Part shown: positions 52,829 through 64,000 of the stretch, piece by piece
How the letters are laid out: each line of letters opens with the position of its first letter
Numbering within the stretch: position 1 is the stretch's first letter
Assembly: GCF_963921235.1 (NCBI RefSeq)
Contig: NC_086108.1
Span: forward strand, 103,294,001 to 103,358,000
Source: Mobula hypostoma
Lineage: Eukaryota
Reading direction: 5' to 3'
Length of the DNA: 64,000 bases
Position numbers and translations under genes: made by a program
Notes under the pieces: generated by a model
Databases searched by the model: none
Told to the model about the DNA's origin: nothing
What the model saw: the letters and a program-made list of their open reading frames with translations, nothing else

Positions 52829-53897
52829 AACGTTTGATGGCTCTGGGCCTGTACTGACTAGCGTTTAGATGAATCGGGCAGAGTGGGGGGTAATCTCATC
52901 GAACATTTAAAGGTGTAGATAGAATGGACGTGGAGAGCATGTTTCCTATTGTGAGGGGGTCTAGGACCAAAGGGCACAGAACTTTGAACTGTTTAAAGGG
53001 GTCATGAGCACAGTGGATGTAATCTATGGATTCTGTTCAATGTAACTTCTGGGCGATATCTATTAACATCATATCTCCTGGGTGGTGTTTTTTGAGCTCA
53101 TATCTTCTGTGAGGTGTCTATTGACCTTGTCCTACAGGACAACAAAGACATCAAAACTTGGTCTTAACATTTCGAAAGGAGAGAGGGCATAAATCACACT
53201 CCTAAATCAAGTGCCCCAGTGGACACTGCTTGAGAGTGAGGCCAGATCTGGCCACCTGTGACAAGATGTACATCATGAATTGGCAGCACTCTCAGAGTCA
53301 AATTCAAGAGAAGAACTGAAGAGGGGCAGTGCTAGGACATAGAATGTGGAACAATACAGCATAGAACAGGCCCTTTGGCCTAGCATGTTGTGGTGACCTA
53401 CGTATATAAACCTACTCCATGATCAATCTAACCCTTCCCTCCTACACAGCCCATAAATCTCCATTTTTCTTACATCAACCTGCTGATCTAAAAGTCTATT
53501 AATTGTCCCTAAAGTATCTACCAACCCCAGCAGTGTATTCTGGGAAAACGACACTTTGTGTAGTTCTGATATCTTCCCTAGATTTTCCTCCACTCACCTT
53601 TAAAGGCCATCTTCTGGCATTGGCCATTGCTGTCCTGTGAAAAGGGTGCAGGCTGTCCACTCTCTCTATACCTCTCATAACCTTATGCACCTCTATTCTG
53701 TCACCTCTCACCTTCCTTCACTTCTAAGAGAAAATCCTGAGCTTGGCCAAATGTTCCCCACAATACATTCTCCCACCCAGGCAGCATCCCGGTAAATCTC
53801 TTCTACTGTCTCTCAAAAGCTTCCACATCTGTCCTATAATGAGGCAACCAGAATGAAACACAATATTCCCAGTATGATCTAACAGGAATTTATAGAG

Positions 53898-54650
53898 CAG
53901 GGGTCCCCAACCTCTTTTGCACTGCGGACTGGTTTAACATTGACAATATTCTTGCGGACCGGCTGACCCGGGGGGTGGGGGGGTGCGGTGTTCAAGTAGG
54001 GTTAAACTCACCTCAACATGTCATTTACAGTTTGGGTTGCCAACTTTCTCACTCCCAAATAAGGGACAACAGTAGCAGTCAAATCCCGGGACACTTTACC
54101 CCAGGAAAGACTAACATGACCATGAAGCCTTGCGCGGGCACATGTGTGACTGCGCATGTGATGTGCGCATGCACGTACGTGCTGATTTTTTTTCCCACAA
54201 ATTAGTTTTGCCTTCATCTTCCCTAGTATACTGTACTTACATTATTTCTACTTTATATAGACTGTGTACTTATCATAGCATTCCTGCTTTTACTATATGT
54301 TAGTGTTATTTTAGGTTTTATGTGTTATTTGGTATGATTTGGTAGGTTATTTTTTGTGTCTGGGAACGCTCAAAAAATTTTCTCATATAAACTAATGATA
54401 ATTGCTTCTTGGCTTCACGCCATTTTGGCACGAAAGGTTTCATAGGAATGCTCTACCTTAGCAGGGGAAATATGGGACAAACCAATTTAGCCCAATATAC
54501 GGGATATTCCAGCAAATACGGGACAGTTGGCAACCCTATGTTCAAGTTCAACAGCGCGTGACAGGGAATGAGGAAAGGTGCAGCTGACTCATATCGTTTC
54601 CTCGCGGCCCGGTAGCCCATGCTTTGCGGCCCGGTGGTTGGGGACTGCTG
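53898..54650. mobile_element. hAT (Charlie-like) MITE inserted in an antisense CR1 fragment
   Basis: TIRs CAGGGGTCCCCAACC / GGTTGGGGACTGCTG; 8-bp TSD TTATAGAG at 53890-53897 and 54651-54658. Confidence 0.88.
53997..54538. mobile_element. second hAT-type MITE nested in the first
   Basis: ends TAGGGTT...AACCCTA; 8-bp TSD TGTTCAAG at 53989-53996 and 54539-54546; subterminal GGGACA repeats. Confidence 0.82.
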
Positions 54651-54937
54651 TTATAGAGCTACAACACTACCATGCAGCTTTTGAACTCAGTCCCCCAACT
54701 AATAAAGGCCAACACAGCATATGTCTTCTTATCAACCCTATCAGCTTGCACCGCAACTTTGAGTGATCTATAGATCTGGACCCCATGACTGCTCGGTCCC
54801 TCCATACTGCAAGGATCCTGCCACTAACCTTATACTCCATGATGGGAAGAGAAATCTTTTCACCAGCAGATAGTGAATTATTGTTCCAGTGATCATAAAA
54901 ACTGATTCTTTTCCTTTATCTTTCTCTTGGTATGGAG

Positions 54938-55036
54938 ATACTCAAAGACACCATCATCTCTGGTACGGACACCAAAGGGTTCATAATCAATGGCTACCCT
55001 TGGAGAGTGGAGCAGGCAGATGAGTTTGAGAGGAAG
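54938..55036 (+). CDS. AK5: AK5/AK5-like exon, domain 2 NGYPW (DGYPR-equivalent); 5' boundary uncertain
   Basis: ILKDTIISGTDTKGFIINGYPWRVEQADEFERK then gtgagt donor; the first AG after the pyrimidine tract is tggAG at 54936-54937; 99 nt. Confidence 0.78.
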
Positions 55037-56957
55037 GTGAGTTGTTATAACTATCTCATTCTTACCAGAAGGGGTGGGTGGTGGGGACACTCAATGACAA
55101 GTTAGAGTCAAGAGCCATTTAGTATGGAACCAAACACTTCAGCCCAACTGGCCCATGCTGATCATGATTCACATCTAAGCTAGTCCCATTTGCCTGTGTT
55201 TGGCTCGTGTGCCACTAAACCTGAGCAATCCATGTACCTGTCCAAATACCACATGTACAGTATATCAAAACATCGAAACATACAGTGAAATGTGGCCTCT
55301 TGTGTCACTGTCCAAGGATGTGCTGGAGGCAGCCCAGAGGTGTCGCCGTGCTTCTGGTATACACACAACTCACTAACACTAAACCGTACACCTTTGGAAT
55401 TTGGGAGGAATCTGCAGCACCTAGAGGAAACTCACAAGGAAGTACCACCAATTCCTTACAGGACAACAGCAGGATTGAACCTGGCTCACTGGCACTGAAA
55501 CCCTTGCAACAACCACGAAAATAAACCTTTTAAATGTTGTTAATGTAGTTGCCCCAACCACTCTTTCCATATATGGACAACTCTTTGGGCAAAAGGTGCC
55601 CCTCAGGTTCCTATTTAATTTCTCCCATCTCATCTTAAGCCTGTGCCCTCTAGTTCTTGATTCCTGTTGTGATTCTATTTATTTATTTATTGAGATGTAG
55701 CACAGAATAGGCCCTTCGAGCTGAGCTGCCCAGCAACACCTGACTTAATCCTAATCTAATCACAGGACAATTTACAATGACCAATTAACCGGTACATCTT
55801 TAGACCGTGGGAAGGAATCAGAGCACCCGGAGGAAACCCACATGGTTACTGGTCACTTTACACACCTCCACAAGGTCACCCCTCATTCTAATGTGCTCCA
55901 ATGAAAAACAAACCCAACTTGCTCAACGTCTCCATATTCTCAAATCCTGGCAACATCATCCTAAACCTCTGCACTCTTTCCAGCTCAGTGTGGCTTCCCA
56001 ACAGCTTGTACATCTACAATGCAACATCACAACTTCTACACTCAGTCCCTTAACTTACAAAGACTGGCGTACTTAAAGCCTTCTTTACCACACTCACCAC
56101 CTGTGTCACCGCATTCAGAGAACTATGTTCATGTCCTCCCAGCTCTCTCGGTTTTATAATACTCTCTGAGGCCCTACCGTTGATTGTGGAAGTCCTGCCC
56201 TCAGTTGTCTTCTGAAAATGTAACTCCTCACACGTATCTGTGCCCCCAGTAACCTACAGACTTCTGTCAGGTTACCCCTCTCTGCCACTGTAGTGAAACT
56301 TGATATTTGGCCAAGCAGCATCTGGAGGGGGAGGGGAAGGGGGAAAGGAGCGATGCGCTGTAGAGAGAAGAGAGAGAAGTGCGCCATTGTGTGACAGAGA
56401 GAGAGTGAATGATAGAGAATGAGAGGTTGAGGGAGAGAGAGAGAGAAATATTTCAGATCCTGGATTGTTTGTTAGAATTGTAAACAAATTTAATGGAGAG
56501 TCTAATACCTGAAACATTAACTGTTTCCCTTTCCACAGATGCTGCCTGACCTGCTGAGTGTTCCTGGTATTTACACAGTTTCTATTTCAGATTTCCAGGA
56601 TCTGCCGTATATTTTTTTCACTTTCACAGTCAGACTGCAGTCAGCAGTGAGGGAGAACTACACTCTGAAACCTTCTGTATCAGATGTTAAGGTGAATCTT
56701 GGCTGTACTCTCAGGACAGCATTGATTGAATCTGCAGGGAAGTTCTGCCCAGGCTCCAGCCAACTTTTAATTACTTCCACCATCATTATGATTACTTTTC
56801 TACCCTGGAGCTTCTACAAGATTGGCTACCCTTCAAATGCCTTCCAGAAGCTCAAAAGTGCTTTGAGACAGCCTTAGGCTGTTAAGTATTCTTTGCTGAA
56901 ATCTTATGGTTCTTGCTTCCTTCTGGAAATAAGTTTGCCGATATTTATTTTCCTCAG

Positions 56958-57143
56958 ATAGCCCGGCCCAGCCTTGTGCTCCATATGAACGGCACCACGG
57001 CACCAAGGGATCAGCAGCCACTAAAACCAACCCAAACAAGTGAACGCATCGATGGGAGTGAGCAGCACCTTGACCTTGAGACAGACCAGAAGGTAGCTCA
57101 GCCACTCATTGAGAAGTACCAGAGGGAACACCTCATACATAAG
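56958..57143 (+). CDS. AK5: AK5/AK5-like exon, degenerate domain 2 LID region
   Basis: ttttcctcag|ATA...AAG|gtatgc; IARPSLVLHMNGTTAPRDQQPLKPTQTSERIDGSEQHLDLETDQKVAQPLIEKYQREHLIHK; 186 nt. Confidence 0.85.
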
Positions 57144-59210
57144 GTATGCCTAGAAAGAGCAACACACACCAATTGCTGGAAGAACCCAGAAAGTCAGGCA
57201 GAATCTATGTAGGGAAACAAACAGTCAATGTTTCAGGCCGAGAACCTTCATCAGGATTAGAAAGGAGGGAAGGGGTAGAAACCAGAACAAGGTGGCGAGG
57301 GGGGTGGGGGGAGTACCAGCTGGCAGGCGATAGGTGAAATCAGGTGAAGGGGAAGGTGGGGAGGGAGGGCAAAGTGAGAAGGGCGTCACAGTACAATAGC
57401 AGTCAGCATGACTGTATTACTGTCAGGGCAGTGGAATTGGAGTTCAATTCCAGCATGGTCTGTAAGGAGTTTGTACATTCTTCCAGTGACTGCGTGGGTT
57501 TCCTCCCACGTTCGAAAGACGTACTGCTTAGTAGGTTAATTGGTCACTGTAAATTGCCCTGTGATTGGGCTAGGGTTAAATAGGTGAGTTGCTGGACAGT
57601 GCGGCTCAGTGGTCTGATAAGGTCTGTTCTGAATCAGAATTGAGTTTAATATCGCCGGCATGTGTCTTGAAATTTGTTGTTTTTGCGGCAACAATATAAC
57701 GCACTACATAATAAAAGGAAAAATTGTTTAAAATAAATAAATAAATAATATAGCTGAAAAGGTGAGAGGCTTGTGTGTATTGCTCCGGATTTCCGGCATC
57801 CACAGGATGTTATGTGCTGATGCTTAGAAAGACTTGTTTTTTAATATGTATAATATCTCAAACAAATCCCAAGATTTACTAAATCTCATCAAGTGCTGTT
57901 TTTGAAGTGTTAATCCTGCTGTAATGACAAGAAAGGCTGGCCAAGGTGCATAGCAAGATCCCACCAACTGTGAGGCGATAATAACCAGTGTGAAATTGAA
58001 GCCTTAAAAATTGTGGTGACAGAATAACCAAGATTCGGATGACATAGACGGCTGTGTCTGGTTCCCATTGTGGCTAGCTCTTCATTGCATTCTCCCTACT
58101 GTTTCCTTGCTGTCACTAGCACCACCTTTGGGTTCAAAACAGAATGGCAGTTCCACACACAAAGAAAGAACATACAACTTTAGCGTCTTGTGACAACCTG
58201 AAGCCCCTGAAGAGAATATCATAGGAGCAGGAATTGGTCATCTGGCCCGTCAATCCTGCTCCACTGTTCAATAAGATCATGGCTGATCTGGCCATGGATT
58301 CTGCTCCACCTACCTGTCTTTTCCCTATAATTCTTAATTCCCCTATTGTGCAAAAATCTATCTAAATGTAGTTAATGTAGCCTCTATTGCTTCCTTGCGC
58401 AGAGAATTTCAGAGATTCACTACTGTCTGGGAGAAGCAGCATCTCATCTCCATCCTAAATCAGACTATGTCCCTGAGCTCTAGTTTCACACACCAGTGAA
58501 AACTATTTTCCTTCTTCTATCATATCCATCCTTTCGATAATTGCATATTTCTATTAGAACTCCTCTCATAACCTCCCTGCTCTTAAATTCTCTCCCTCTA
58601 ACAATGAAGTCCAATGTTCCATTTTTCCCTTCCAAAGTGGGTGGCCTCACATTTACCAACTTTGTAGTCCATCTGCCTTATGTTTGCCCATTCAGTTAAC
58701 CTATCTATATTTTTCTGTAGACGCTCCACATCCTTTGCACAATTTGCAGTTTAGTGTTATCAGTAAACTTAGATACACTACACTCGATCTCCTTATCCAG
58801 ATCATTAATGTGTAACGAATCAGGTACTTCCAAGTGCAGTCACAGTTGTAGGAATCAAGCTTGCCATATTGTTCTCAGTAAGATCCACAGACTATACAGG
58901 TAGAAGAGCAAACGAATCCAAATCCTGGAACACTGAAATAAACATTCTTAAAAATGCTGCAAATATTCAGCAGGTTATGCAGCAGCTTGTGGTTAGAAAT
59001 GTTATTGTGTGTCTCTCTCTCCAAAGACACTGCCTGTCCTGTTGAGTATTTAACAGATCTTTGTTTTGCATTTTAATAGCCTCAGCTGAAGAAAAAACAA
59101 GTAGGTCTTCTACTATATCCAACCCAAAGACGTTGATATGGACCCCACTCCCCTTCCCTCAATCTTAACGCATCATTGCAGTGACATTTTTGAACCATGT
59201 GTTTTGACAG

Positions 59211-59288
59211 ATTAACACAGAAGACACTCCTGACAAGATCTTTCAATGGATCTGCAAGGCCATCAACTCTATTCAGGAAAGTAGCTGA
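59211..59288 (+). CDS. AK5: AK5/AK5-like terminal coding exon
   Basis: ttttgacag|ATT...AGC TGA; INTEDTPDKIFQWICKAINSIQESS*, similar to the AK5 C-terminus (INAEGTPEDVF...). Confidence 0.9.
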   Translation: MNTEDTPDKIFQWICKAINSIQESS

Positions 59289-59565
59289 ATCAATGTGATT
59301 CCTGTGCAGAGAAAAGAAAGAGCCCCTGGACACTTTTGGGCATCAAGAATCCTCAAGTCACAGAATGTTGCAATGATTTAAGAGATTATTCAGCCCACTG
59401 GTACTAAGTAGAAGAAAATTCTTCTACTTACAATATCAGCTTGCATTCACATTGTGATGTTCGCTCAGTTAAGTATTCATGTGTGCTGCACAACGGTGTT
59501 TTTCAAATTGACATGGACGTGTTGAGAATTGGCCCTTAATCTTAGTCCAAAATAGAGTTGCACTG

Positions 59566-59611
59566 ATTAAAAAGTTCTGAAAATGTTAACTGTAGTTCTG
59601 AATTTATTAAA
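59566..59611 (+). terminator. candidate polyadenylation signals
   Basis: ATTAAA at 59566 and 59606, ~280-320 nt after the stop, followed by T/GT-rich sequence. Confidence 0.4.
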
Positions 59612-62150
59612 TTTCATTTTGTTTCGATCTGTAGTGATCTATTAGAAGGTACATGTTTTATACATTCATCCTTGACATCACCCCATAACATTTTTATGGA
59701 CTTTTCTCAGCATCTTCTGCTGTGATAAGTTAAACACAATGAAACATATCATGGAATCCATAGAACACTTGTCAAGTCTATTAACTTCTCAAGGCACCTG
59801 TACACAGCATCAATGCAATCCATCCCTTCTTTATCACAATGCCCAACTGATATTGTGCAATTTCCAGAGAGAGAAGATAAAACCAAGGAATCATTCTGCC
59901 TTGATTAATGTCAAAACTCAGCCGATGGAGAGGGAGTCTGCAATAATTCATTTTTAATGGGTGGAGAAAAGGACAACCACTGAGGTTGTTTCAAAGGTAT
60001 TTGCAGCCAGCAAAGAATCTCTTGAATTATAGTTGTAATGGAGGAAATACAGCAATTTTATATATAGTGACTTTCACAAATAACAACCACCAAATCAGCT
60101 TTAATTTTGATATCAAAGCAATTCACAAAGCCTCAGGTAATGGACAAACAAAAACTCAAGACAAGAATATTGTGTGTCCCATTCTCTGGAGTTTTGTTCC
60201 TAACAGTTTCATTTTAATTATTTTTTTATATTTATTTTGCGATACAGCACGGATAGAGCCCTTCCAGCGACCCATCTATTCAACCCTAGCCTAATCACAG
60301 GATAACTTACAATGACAAATTAACCTACCAACTGAAAAGTCTTTGGACTGTAAGAGGAAACCCACACGCAGGGAGAACGTACAAACTCCTTCACAGACGG
60401 AGCTGGAATTGATCCCCAAACTGCAGAATGCCCTGAGCTGCAACATCCTCATGCTAACCGCTACCCTTCCTTGAAATGTTGTAATGTTGAGACTTAATAA
60501 AGCACTGGTAAGGCCTTACGTGGAATTTTGTGAGCAGTTTTGGGCCCCTTATCTTAGACAGGATGTGCTGAAACAGAAGAGGGTTCAAAGGAGGTTCATA
60601 AAAATGATTCCAGGATCAAATAGCTTGTTATATGAAGAACATTTTATGGCTCTGTTTCTGCATCAATAAGATTGAAAAAGTTCAGAGAAAATTTACAGGG
60701 ATACTACCAGAAGTTAAGAACCCGAGTTATTAGGGAAAGATTTACTCGGTTAGCACTTCATTTCTGGAGCACAGGAGAATGAGGGAAGATGAAAGGGCTG
60801 TGGGTAACCCAAGGTGATTTCTAAAGTACGTACATGTTTGGCACAGCATTGTGGGCTAAAGGGCCTGTATTGTGCTGTAGGGTTTCTATGTTTCTATTTG
60901 ATAGTAATATAAAATGGGGGTGGAGGGTGGTATAGATAGGGTAAATGCATACATGCACAGTCCACTGAGGTTGGGTTAGACAAAAACTAGAGGTCATGAG
61001 TCACAGGTGAAATGTGAAGAACACGAGAGGGAACTTCTTCACTCAAGAGGGTGGTGCAAGTGTGGAACGAGCTGCTAGCAGAAGTGGTGGATGTGGGTTC
61101 GATTTTAACATTTAGTAGAAGTTTGTATAGGGACATAGATGGCAGGGGTATGGAGTACTATGGTCTGGATGCAGGTTGATGGGACTAGGTAGAGTAATAG
61201 TTCAACACAGACAGCTGAAGAGCCTGTTTCTGTGCTAATGTGTTCTATGACTAAGTCAATTTGCATACAGTACACTCCCACAAACAGCTGTGAGATAAAT
61301 AAAAAGATGCTTCCGCTGTCTGAGTGGAAACTTTCTAACTGCTCAAGACCCAAAGTAGTTTATAGCCAGTTGGGACACTTTTAAGGTGCAGCTACAGTAG
61401 TAATTTGGGCTAAGCAAGGTTTTGCAACACAATGAATGACTAAATAATTACTACTGACCAGGAACACTCAGAATCTGACTCCATCAGCTTATTGTAAAAG
61501 CCTATCAAAAGCACAGAAAACAAGCCCATCCAGTCTTGGCTAAATGTTATTCTGGCTAATCCCACCAATTCGCAACCCTCCCAATCATGTTACCTATGCA
61601 AACTTCTCTTCAATGTTGCCATGTAAGTGAAGAAGTTCTCCCCCAACTTCCCCTTAAATATTTCACCTTCCACCTGTCACCTTTCTCACCTGTCACTTCT
61701 GTTTCTAGTCTCACACAACCCCAGTGGGAAATAAGCCTGCTGAGAAAGGTGTGGAAGATAGTTCAGCAAGGGATATTGGATCATCGAGAACTGCTCTGTA
61801 TCATGGGACTCCCAAAGGTTGCTAAACGCCCAGGGTTGAATGAGATGTTCCCTAGGTTTCGATGAGAAGCAAGAGAGAAGATAACAGAGGCCCTGACAGA
61901 TGTTTCAGCCATCTGTTAGCCACAGGTGAGCTTTCAGAAGCATGGTATAAATCATACGGAAAGCTGAGTGGCACGTAGGCAGATGGAATTTAATTTCAAC
62001 AAATAGGTGATGCATTTTGGAAAGTTGAACAGGGGTAGAATGAAAACCGTTAATGGTAGGGCACTGATTTATGTGGATGAACAGAGGGTCTGTGGAGTGC
62101 ATCATTTCCTAAAAGGAGATAACATAGGTCATAGCACAGTGAAGAACACA

Positions 62151-62338
62151 AACAAGAGAAAATCTGCAAATGCTGGAAATCACAGCAATACACACAAAAT
62201 GCTGGAGGAACTCAGCAGGCCAGGCAACATCTATGGAAAAGAGTAAACAGTCAATGTTTCAGGCCAAGACCCTTCATCAGGATTGTTTACTGTTTTTCAT
62301 AGATGCTGCCTGGCCTGCTGATTCCCTCCAGCATTATG
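62151..62338. mobile_element. palindromic Penelope-derived mini-element with hammerhead motif
   Basis: inverted arms ~62198-62250 and ~62284-62335; motif at 62248-62285 on the minus strand; GTGAAGAACACA at 62139-62150 and 62339-62350. Confidence 0.8.
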
Positions 62339-62804
62339 GTGAAGAACACAGTTGGCATGTTTGCTTTCACAGCTCAGGATACAGAAAAGTTGAGGCATTG
62401 TATTGGAACTTCACAAATCACTAGTTCAACTGCATTTAGACAACTGTGTGCCATTCTGGTCGTTGCACTATAGGAAGGAAATAGTTGTACTGGAGAGACT
62501 GCAGAGAAGTAGACAACAGGATGAACCTATGGCACACATGTTCAAGATTTTGTTGACGCACAGCATGCAGTGTCACCCTCAATTCTCTAAACGCTATCCA
62601 TAATAAAAAGGTACATAATGATTATCTTCACTGCCAAAATTAGAAACAAGTGATTTTTTTTCTTTACAAGCTGTGAATGCCTGTAAGAAAATGAAATCTC
62701 CGAATAGTATATGGTGATATATACTTGGATAATAAATTTACTCTGAATTTTTAAAAAATTGGTTAAATACAAATTTCCATTTGATTAAAACTACATAAGA
62801 AAGT

Positions 62805-63530
62805 TTCAGGTTTAAGTTTAATTATCATTCAAGCGTACATGAATACAGTCAAATGCAACAGCACCCCTCCAGGGCGAAGGTGCAAAGTATATTACCAACA
62901 GCTCAGATACAGCACAAAACGTTATGATTTCAGAAAAAAAACATAGTCACAAAGAGAAAAAGAGTGATAATAATATAGCCCAGGTCCCTGAGTTGCCCGA
63001 GTCCAGCTTGTTACTACACCGAGCAAACTGCTGGAGAGAAGCAGTAATGGGAGGGCCAGCCCCCACATAGCATGAAATTCAGCAGTACGCAGCCGGCTGC
63101 CGTGTCTCCTTTACCTGTGGCCACCGAAGACGACTCCAAAAGCTTGAGGATTTTGTTCACACAACAACTGAGGCAACACAACTCCCCTTCCACCAGTGTC
63201 CCCAGTGAACCAGTGAACCGGACTTGCAGTATTTTCTGTTACCAATGTCGAACAGAGTCTTGCGATCACAATAAAAATGTGCAGGACAACCACACTACCT
63301 TGGCACAACGGTACACAAGTCCAGGTGACAACACAATAACAGCACGCAGTACGTCCAGCTCCATCGCTATCAAATAACTCGCTGATGGGGTGATGTTCTT
63401 AGTATCCAGCAGAGCCTTGCAATTGTAAAAAAGATGTAGAGGACGAACAAATACACCTTTGATTAGACCTGGAATGGCTGCTGTGTCCAAGCATGCTGCC
63501 ATTTTATCAAATCCAAACTTACTGTAACAG
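62805..63530 (-). mobile_element. probable non-autonomous retroelement, degenerate
   Basis: LINE-like 3' end near 62810 shared with other copies; AAAATGGCAGC near the minus-strand start. Confidence 0.35.
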
Positions 63531-64000
63531 TGCCCAGCCAACAAAAATCTGCTGTGTAAAGAGAACCGATTGTGTGTTAAGCTGTGAATTAAAGACAGGA
63601 ACTATGATATAAGGAGACTAGTTCCACGTGGTTTTTATTTCTCACAGCTCTCCTGACAGTTGTACAGATCTGTATAAGAACATGTTGCATACACACAGAT
63701 ATGAGGCCAGAAAATGAAACCGTACAAAAATGTTCTATTCAATGCACAACTACTGGTAAAAACATTTGCAGCTGAAGCCCGTGCTCACTGCTGACTAGTT
63801 TCAATCAATCATTTAAATACATAGTAAAAATACAATCTTTCAGCAAACTGAGCTTATGTGCAGACTACAAAAAAAGGGAATTTATTATAATACTTGATTA
63901 TCTTTTATAGGCAGTTTTGTTAATGAGTTGTATGGCCAACTCTCATTTTATGGGATTATGGTAGGGGCTCTATTGAATTTGAAGTGAGTGGGTGTGTGTG

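Overview
Eukaryotic (vertebrate) genomic DNA; the repeat landscape suggests a cartilaginous fish, probably a ray (inference). The + strand carries the last 11 coding exons of an adenylate kinase 5 family gene (AK5 or an AK5-like paralogue), 1403-59288. Ten exons have clear GT-AG sites and one needs a weak GAG acceptor. Together they give a continuous 1253-nt frame; the 5' exons lie upstream of the window. Kinase domain 1 is intact. Domain 2 has lost its P-loop, AMP-binding and LID catalytic residues but stays in frame, so it looks like a pseudokinase domain. Introns are dense with often nested transposons: CR1, Rex1/Babar, Nimb/I-group, Penelope-like (GIY-YIG), RTE-related and tRNA SINEs, Tc1 and hAT MITEs, plus a 45-bp minisatellite. 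The most notable non-coding signal is about a dozen minimal type I hammerhead ribozyme motifs in Penelope-like terminal repeats. Two of them lie in ~200-bp non-coding fold-back mini-elements with their own target-site duplications. Family names come from recognising motifs by eye, not from database searches.
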